NCBI GenBank assembly: GCA_964567015.1
Contig: CAZMKG010000001.1
Span: forward strand, 51,488 to 92,275
Reading direction: 5' to 3'
Source: an uncultured Gammaproteobacteria bacterium
GTDB taxonomy: Bacteria; Patescibacteriota; Patescibacteriia; Patescibacteriales; UBA12465
DNA: 40,788 nucleotides
Position 1 is the stretch's first letter, and the number at the start of each line of letters is the position of its first letter. The position numbers and the translations under genes were made by a program. The notes beneath the pieces were generated by a model. The model was not told where the DNA came from. It was given only the letters and a program-made list of their open reading frames with translations, and made no database searches. Positions 35,119 to 40,788 of this stretch are shown here, piece after piece.

Positions 35119-35505
35119 ATGGCACATAAGAAAGCCGCTGGGTCAACCTCGTTGGGCCGCGAATCAGAAAGTAAACGTTTAGGCGTTAAATTAACCGATG
35201 GCGAGTGGGCTAAGACAGGCGCTATTATTATCAGACAACGCGGCACAAAATATCATCCCGGTCTTAACGTTGGTATTGGTGGAGACGATACCCTGTTTTC
35301 TCTTACAAACGGTTTCGTAAAATTTTCTACCAAAAAATTAAAGAAATTTAATAACACCCTTAAGTCAACAAAAATCGTCAGTGTTATTCCTTTGACCGAC
35401 GAAAAACGTGAAGAATTAAAGAAAATTGCCAAAGAAGCTGCCGCTAAAAAGAAGACTGTAAAAAAGCCGGTTAAAAAATCCGCCAAAAAAACTGCAAAAA
35501 AATAA
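35119..35505 (+). CDS. rpmA: 50S ribosomal protein L27 with a Lys-rich C-terminal extension
   Basis: [24 protein letters not shown]...[27 protein letters not shown] is canonical L27. About 45 extra residues (…[28 protein letters not shown]) follow the usual end. Confidence 0.9.
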   Translation: MAHKKAAGSTSLGRESESKRLGVKLTDGEWAKTGAIIIRQRGTKYHPGLNVGIGGDDTLFSLTNGFVKFSTKKLKKFNNTLKSTKIVSVIPLTDEKREELKKIAKEAAAKKKTVKKPVKKSAKKTAKK

Positions 35506-35517
35506 AATATCGATTTT

Positions 35518-35551
35518 TAAAAAATAAGCTCTATTCGGAGCTTATTTTTTT
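35518..35551. terminator. bidirectional intrinsic terminator (rpmA / pyrG)
   Basis: ATAAGCTC (35524-35531), TATTCG loop, GAGCTTAT (35538-35545), flanked by an A-run and a T-run. Confidence 0.8.
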
Positions 35552-35594
35552 ATTGTATGACTGAGATTATTGTATAACTGAGAATTTTTTTACT

Positions 35595-37280
35595 CTATTT
35601 CTTTCCCTTGCAAACTTTTACAAATTCAACAAATAGCGGGTGCGGTGTCAGTGGACGAGAGATATATTCCGGATGAAATTGAACACCGATGAAAAATGGG
35701 TGATTCGTAATTTCGACCGATTCAACAATTTGCCCGTCCGGAGAAGTGCCGGCAACGGTTAAGCCTAATTTTTCAAATATATCGCGATAATCATTATTGA
35801 ATTCATAGCGATGGCGATGGCGCTCGGAAACAACCTTATCGGAGCCGAAACGCGCATAAGCTTTTGCCAGATGCGTTCCCGGCTTAATCTTGCATGGCCA
35901 ACCGCCTAAGCGAATAGTTCCGCCATACCCCTTCTCTTTTATCAACTCCGCCTGTCCCGGCATAATATGGATAACCGGATTTTTAGTCTTAGAGTCGACC
36001 TCGGACGAATTAGCGTCTTTTAGACCGGCCACATCGCGCGCAAATTCGATAACTGCCATCTGCATTCCGTAGCAAAGACCGAAATAAGGCACTTTATTTT
36101 CTCGGCAATATTTTATAGTTTTTATTTTCCCTTCCGCGCCGCGCGAACCCCAACCCTGCGGAACAATAATCCCGTCCATGCCTTTTAGAACCTTTATGCC
36201 CTCAGTTTCGACTTCTTCGGCGCTTAACCAATGTATCTTTGCTTTGCAATGATTATAATTAGCGGCGTGCTTAATCGCTTCAATCACGGAAATATAGGAA
36301 TCGCCAAAAGAAAAGTCGCCGCTCGCAAAATATTTGCCGACAACGCCGATATTTACAACCGGCTCTTTTATCTTTGAATTGGCGACCATTTTTTTCCAGG
36401 CTTCATTATTACTTTTTTTCTTGCGTATCGGCAAACCAAATTTTTCTAAGATACGCATGCTTAAATTGTCTTTTTCAAAATTAAGAGGAATGTCATAAAT
36501 TGAATCGGCATCAGGCGCGGCAATAACCGCCTCCATCGGCACATTGCAATTTATCGACAATTTTTCGCGACGCGACGTATCAATCTGTTTCTCGGCGCGC
36601 GCCACGATAAAATCCGGCTGGATACCGGCTGATTGCAAATTGCGAACGGCATGTTGGGTCGGTTTCGTTTTCATCTCGCCAATCATATTCGGTATCGGCA
36701 AATAAGAGACAAGCACAAATAAAACATCTTTCGGATTAAATAATTTCATTATGCGAGCCGCTTCCAAGAATAATAGATTTTCATATTCGCCGACGGTGCC
36801 GCCGATTTCAATAATCATTATTTCCGCCCCGGTCTTATCAACCGCTTTTTGAATTCGGTCGCGTATTTCCATCGGAATATGAGGAACAACTTGGACACAT
36901 TTTCCTTTATACTCAAGGTTGCGTTCGCGGGCGATTACCGTTTGATAAACGCGCCCGGTTGTCATATAATTTTCCCGATAAATATTTTTCCCTAAGAATC
37001 TTTCGTAATTGCCAATATCTTGATCGGTTTCATCGCCGTCTTCAGTCACAAAAACTTCCCCGTGTTCAATCGGATTCATGGTGCCGGCATCGACGTTAAT
37101 ATAAGGATCCATTTTTATCGCGCTGACATTATAACCGCGCGCTTGGAGAATTTGGCCGATTGAAGCGGTTGTTACCCCCTTACCGACCCCGGACATTACT
37201 CCACCGGTAACAAAGATATACTTTGTCGGTTTTTTCTCCTTTTTTGCTGTTTTTTTAGCTAAAGACATAGATATTGACAT
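35595..37280 (-). CDS. pyrG: CTP synthase
   Basis: KYIFVTGGVMSGVGKG, DPYINVDAGTM, and the GATase domain with GLCYGMQ and HRHRYEFN, 561 aa. Confidence 0.95.
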   Translation of the reverse strand: MSISMSLAKKTAKKEKKPTKYIFVTGGVMSGVGKGVTTASIGQILQARGYNVSAIKMDPYINVDAGTMNPIEHGEVFVTEDGDETDQDIGNYERFLGKNIYRENYMTTGRVYQTVIARERNLEYKGKCVQVVPHIPMEIRDRIQKAVDKTGAEIMIIEIGGTVGEYENLLFLEAARIMKLFNPKDVLFVLVSYLPIPNMIGEMKTKPTQHAVRNLQSAGIQPDFIVARAEKQIDTSRREKLSINCNVPMEAVIAAPDADSIYDIPLNFEKDNLSMRILEKFGLPIRKKKSNNEAWKKMVANSKIKEPVVNIGVVGKYFASGDFSFGDSYISVIEAIKHAANYNHCKAKIHWLSAEEVETEGIKVLKGMDGIIVPQGWGSRGAEGKIKTIKYCRENKVPYFGLCYGMQMAVIEFARDVAGLKDANSSEVDSKTKNPVIHIMPGQAELIKEKGYGGTIRLGGWPCKIKPGTHLAKAYARFGSDKVVSERHRHRYEFNNDYRDIFEKLGLTVAGTSPDGQIVESVEITNHPFFIGVQFHPEYISRPLTPHPLFVEFVKVCKGKK

Positions 37281-37302
37281 TTAAATATTATTATGATATA
37301 AA
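37274..37302 (+). promoter_or_regulatory. promoter for the 118-aa orphan gene
   Basis: TTGACA (37274-37279, inside the first pyrG codons on the other strand), 17-nt spacer, TATAAA (37297-37302). Confidence 0.5.
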
Positions 37303-37357
37303 ATATAGTTAAGTTCTTTTTAATTTTTTTTAACAACAACCATATAAAAGTAAAGAA

Positions 37358-37714
37358 ATGGGATTACACTTAATGCACCGTACGGAAGCCTTCTCTGATG
37401 AGCGTATCAGCTTAATAGAGAGAATTGGTGGAAAATGTTTCAGTCGCCTTGTAAATCAAGAGGCTGAAAATATTGTTGCCTATATCATTTCACTCGATTA
37501 TTCCCCGGGTGATTTCGAAGAAAACATTTCTGAGAATCCTTGCGCAAACTGCCCGAAAAAATGTTGGCGGTTAAAGGAAAATAGACCTCTTAACGAAGAA
37601 GAGATCGAAAAAATAAAAGAAATGATAGAGGAAAAAATAACTATGGAGACAGCTGATGATCTTGTCTCCGAGGTTATAGCGCAAGATTACGGTAACGATC
37701 ATTATTGCTATTAA
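37358..37714 (+). CDS. hypothetical acidic Cys-containing protein (orphan)
   Basis: A 118-aa ORF with its own promoter and terminator. It contains CANCPKKC (C-x2-C-x3-C) plus two further Cys and belongs to no family I recognise. The start could also be the Met at codon 6. Confidence 0.4.
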   Translation: MGLHLMHRTEAFSDERISLIERIGGKCFSRLVNQEAENIVAYIISLDYSPGDFEENISENPCANCPKKCWRLKENRPLNEEEIEKIKEMIEEKITMETADDLVSEVIAQDYGNDHYCY

Positions 37715-37726
37715 ATCCTCTCAATC

Positions 37727-37767
37727 TAAAATGACGACTCTTAACTAGAGCCGCCATTTTTTTATTT
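37727..37767. terminator. intrinsic terminator between convergent genes
   Basis: AAAATGACGACTC pairs with GAGCCGCCATTTT. The two imperfect positions are A-C on the plus transcript and G-U on the minus transcript. T-runs lie on both sides. Confidence 0.55.
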
Positions 37768-39024
37768 TTTCTTCAGTTTCAAAAGTTCTACCGCCTTATC
37801 CATTTGCGGATCGATATTCTTATCAACATCTTTCTGTTCCAGTTTTACACTATAATCAGGCGCGATTCCCTTTTCATCGATAGCGTCTCCGGCCGGTGTC
37901 AGCCACTTGGCAACCGTAATCTTCAAGGCCGAACCATCGCTTAAATCCTGAAGACTTTGGACTGAACCCTTTCCGTAAGTCTGCTCGCCAACCAATATCG
38001 CCTCTTTATAATCGCGTAAAGCGCCGGCGACAATCTCGGAAGCCGAAGCGCTGCCGCCGTTGACCAATACAACTGTCGGGATATTCTTTAAACGGGCATT
38101 GCCGTTTGAAGGATATTCGTTGCGTTTATTTTCCCCAAACTGTTCGGCGACAACCGGACCGGCTTCAACCCATTCCGAAGCCATCGCAACCGCCGTATCA
38201 AGATAACCGCCCGGATTATTTCTTAAATCAAGAATTATTCCCTTCGGATTTTTTAATAAAGCTTCGCTGACAGCCGAATTGAATAAGCCAAAAGTATCAT
38301 CATTAAAATTAGTGACTTTAATTATAAATATCCCATCGTCGCGCATCTCCGTCTTTACGCTTTTAACAATAATAGTATCGCGGACAATCGTAATATCCTG
38401 AACTTTCGTATTCGCGCCGCGCATAATCGTTAATTTCACCTTTGTTCCCTTCGCCCCTCTTATCGCTTTAACGGTTTCGTCGACAGTCAGACCGATAGTC
38501 GATTTATCGTCAACCGCGTAAATTTTATCGCCGGCGCGCAGACCGGCTTTCTGCGCCGGCATCCCGTCAAGCGGAGCGATAATCGTCACAATATCGTTTC
38601 TCATCCCGATTTCGGCGCCGATACCCTCAAATGTTCCGGCTAAATCATCGGCAAATTCCTTCGCATCGGTCGGATTCATAAATACGGTATAAGGATCGTT
38701 AGCGGCGGCGGACATACCTTTAAGCGAGCCATAAAAAAGATCCTTATTTTTTATCTGATTCTTATCGACATGATTCTGCTTTAAAGAATCCCAAACTTCC
38801 CAATAAAGATTAAAATCAAAAACATCATCAGGATTAACAACCGACGAACTGGAAGCCGCGTCTTCCGAGTAAGCTAAAACTCTGGATGCGCCGCCGTTAT
38901 TTTTCCCTTTTCTCTCTCCAGCATAGAAACCTCCCCAAAAAGTCATAACAACAAAAATAGCCAGAACTAATCCGGGGATAAATTTTTTAAAATTATCTTT
39001 AAAATATTTTAAATTCATATTCAT
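37762..39024 (-). CDS. S41 carboxy-terminal processing peptidase with a PDZ domain
   Basis: TM/signal anchor, PDZ segment GLRAGDKIYAVDDKS, catalytic region VLVNGGSASASEIVAGALRD, and YGKGSVQ. Confidence 0.88.
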   Translation of the reverse strand: MNMNLKYFKDNFKKFIPGLVLAIFVVMTFWGGFYAGERKGKNNGGASRVLAYSEDAASSSSVVNPDDVFDFNLYWEVWDSLKQNHVDKNQIKNKDLFYGSLKGMSAAANDPYTVFMNPTDAKEFADDLAGTFEGIGAEIGMRNDIVTIIAPLDGMPAQKAGLRAGDKIYAVDDKSTIGLTVDETVKAIRGAKGTKVKLTIMRGANTKVQDITIVRDTIIVKSVKTEMRDDGIFIIKVTNFNDDTFGLFNSAVSEALLKNPKGIILDLRNNPGGYLDTAVAMASEWVEAGPVVAEQFGENKRNEYPSNGNARLKNIPTVVLVNGGSASASEIVAGALRDYKEAILVGEQTYGKGSVQSLQDLSDGSALKITVAKWLTPAGDAIDEKGIAPDYSVKLEQKDVDKNIDPQMDKAVELLKLKKK

Positions 39025-39025
39025 A

Positions 39026-39634
39026 TTATTTTCTGATAAGCAAAGGTTTTTTTTCGTCTCTTAAATCGATTAAGCGCGACGGTTTCCGTTTTCGCGCGCG
39101 GCCGGCATTAACCACCAAATCCGGGCGATTTTTTTTCTCGGGAAAATATTCATTCAAGCGGTTGAAATCGGTAATTCCCTCTTCGCCGCTAATATTAAAA
39201 CTGGTTGAGACCAGGGGTGAGCCCGCCTTCTTTATTATTTTAACCAAAAATTCGCTTTTAGGCAAACGGACAGCCAAACCGTCGGAACCGCGTGTTAATT
39301 CGCGCGGCAATTGATTTAAATTCTTTAAAATAACAGTGGTTGGCGGCTGATTTTTCGACCAGAGTTTCTTTAAAAATTTTATTTGGTCCGCTGAGATAGC
39401 CGCATATTTTTTAGCCATTTTTAAATCACTGACTAAAATCAACAGGGGTTTTTTGGCGTCGCGTTTTTTAAGACGATAGATCTTTTTTATCGGTTTGGCT
39501 AAATCCGCCCGGCAACTTAATCCATAAATAGTGTCGGTTGGTAAAACCGCTATCCGACCGATTTTCAAAGAACCGGCTATTAAGTCGGTAATAGCCGGTT
39601 TTACGCTATTTAAATTTATCTTTATTCGATCCAT
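39026..39634 (-). CDS. tsaC: L-threonylcarbamoyladenylate synthase (YrdC/TsaC family)
   Basis: VLPTDTIYGLSC, LVSTSFNISGEE, 202 aa (YrdC domain only). Confidence 0.85.
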   Translation of the reverse strand: MDRIKINLNSVKPAITDLIAGSLKIGRIAVLPTDTIYGLSCRADLAKPIKKIYRLKKRDAKKPLLILVSDLKMAKKYAAISADQIKFLKKLWSKNQPPTTVILKNLNQLPRELTRGSDGLAVRLPKSEFLVKIIKKAGSPLVSTSFNISGEEGITDFNRLNEYFPEKKNRPDLVVNAGRARKRKPSRLIDLRDEKKPLLIRK

Positions 39635-39660
39635 TATTTTTTATCCTAAAAATTTTTATA

Positions 39661-40182
39661 TTAAATAATCGACTTTAAAGCTTTTAGAGCATCGGGCAAA
39701 AGAGGCAGAATAATTTTTACTATCTTTAACAATAACGGAGCAATAACGGAAGTTTTTAATTGTTCACTAATACCTAAAAGATTATCGACGAAAGCATAGC
39801 GGGAAACGACATAGATTATCAATCCGAGAAATAATGCTCCTTCCAAAAAACCCAAAGCCGCGCCGGCCAGATTATTTAAATATTTACTGCCGGGAATTAC
39901 GGCGATAAGATTAAATATTTTTTCAATCAATTTAAAAACTAAATCCGCTAATTTTGTAATGGCGACAAACAGGATTATAAAAGAAAGAATCTTTCCTAAA
40001 GAGTCATGGCCTTTATAAATGTTCTCGCTCCAAGAGAAAAAAACCAGATAAAAATGGCTGGCGACGAAAGCGCCAACGATTAAACCGACGACTCGCCCCA
40101 AAAGATTGATTAAACCCTTGAATAAACCGTTTAAAACGGCGCAAACAAGAATGGCTAACAAACAGATGTCGAAAATTGACAT
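39661..40182 (-). CDS. cvpA: CvpA-family membrane protein
   Basis: 173 aa with four TM helices. The N-terminus IFDICLLAILVCAVLNGLFKGLINLLGRVVGLIVG is typical of CvpA. Confidence 0.7.
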   Translation of the reverse strand: MSIFDICLLAILVCAVLNGLFKGLINLLGRVVGLIVGAFVASHFYLVFFSWSENIYKGHDSLGKILSFIILFVAITKLADLVFKLIEKIFNLIAVIPGSKYLNNLAGAALGFLEGALFLGLIIYVVSRYAFVDNLLGISEQLKTSVIAPLLLKIVKIILPLLPDALKALKSII

Positions 40183-40212
40183 ATATTTTTTATTTAGAAA
40201 CGCGCCGACTAT

Positions 40213-40788
40213 TTATTGCAGGCGCGGAAAAAGGGGTTCCTCTTTTTTTATTTGTTCATTTAAAAATTGCGTTTGGATTTTCTGGGATGTCCCGGGAATA
40301 AACGGTTCCAACAAATAAGAAATATTTAAAATCGTCTGCGCTAAAGGGAGCAAAACATTTCCAATTTCTTTTTTGTCGGTCATTTTCCAGGGAGTCTTCG
40401 CGCTAAGCTCTTCATCGCAAATTTTTATTTTTTCCCAAATCGCCTGCAGGGCTTCGTTAAAACGGTAATCTTTCATAGCCTGTTCAAATTTACCGACTGT
40501 TTCTTTGATGCCATTGCCGCTTAAATCAACCTTCAAGTTTGTTTCAATTTCATTTTTTTCCAAGAGATTGGAGACGCGCGCCACTAAATTTCCTAGCCCG
40601 TTAGCCAAATCGGCGTTATATCTCCCCGCAAATTTTTCGTCGCTATAATCGCCGTCTTCAAATGGCGGTATTTCCGCCAAAAGATAATAACGGACAGCAT
40701 CAGCGCCGTATTTATCGACTAGCTCATAAGGATTCACAAAATTCCCCAGACTCTTGCTCATCTTTTGCCCATTCATGGTTAAAAACCC
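40213..40788 (-). CDS. metG: methionyl-tRNA synthetase, C-terminal part (5' end outside the window)
   Basis: The frame is open to the window edge. GFLTMNGQKMSKSLGN (KMSKS) is followed by the helical anticodon-binding domain (DAVRYYLL, GLGNLVARV). Confidence 0.88.
   Translation of the reverse strand, partial: GFLTMNGQKMSKSLGNFVNPYELVDKYGADAVRYYLLAEIPPFEDGDYSDEKFAGRYNADLANGLGNLVARVSNLLEKNEIETNLKVDLSGNGIKETVGKFEQAMKDYRFNEALQAIWEKIKICDEELSAKTPWKMTDKKEIGNVLLPLAQTILNISYLLEPFIPGTSQKIQTQFLNEQIKKEEPLFPRLQ

Noticed and set aside
1-40788. Search by eye for rRNA, tRNA, CRISPR arrays, IS elements, transposases, reverse transcriptases, toxin-antitoxin pairs and prophage genes
   Set aside because: None found. 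All intergenic gaps longer than 100 nt are accounted for by promoters, terminators, the rplJ leader or the xer upstream region. The only recombinase is a chromosomal Xer-type enzyme with no flanking repeats that I could see.

Overview
This is an AT-rich, very gene-dense 40.8-kb chromosomal window with about 37 credible CDS, short intergenic gaps and long same-strand gene arrays. Several traits fit a small-genome Patescibacteria/CPR-like bacterium, though that assignment is inference: a reduced housekeeping set, DUF4012, FG-GAP and T4CP-like proteins, many lineage-specific membrane or secreted hypotheticals, almost no Shine-Dalgarno sequences, and textbook TTGACA-N17-TATAAT promoters. Housekeeping genes are uvrC (3' part), rplJ-rplL behind a structured attenuator leader, gltX, serS, dnaX, pyrG, rpmA, alr, tsaC, cvpA, metG (3' part), one Xer recombinase, an FtsQ-like protein, S41 and M23 peptidases and a beta-lactamase-fold hydrolase. 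Bases 3987-18419 form a cell-envelope glycan locus: a wHTH protein, DUF4012, an O-antigen-ligase-like protein, three GT4 glycosyltransferases, a Wzz-like protein and a TagA-NUDIX fusion. I saw no rRNA, tRNA, CRISPR array, transposase or phage genes. The main leads are: (1) a self-contained two-gene cassette (12432-14339) encoding an outer-membrane-like beta-barrel plus a TonB/TolA-like anchored partner, odd for a probable monoderm; (2) a tightly coupled module (31748-34898) of a ferredoxin missed by the ORF track, a 159-aa unknown and a VirD4/TraD-like ATPase; (3) a dif-like site 95 bp upstream of the only Xer gene; (4) a TagA(GT26)-NUDIX fusion; (5) an rplJ leader with mutually exclusive antiterminator and terminator pairings.
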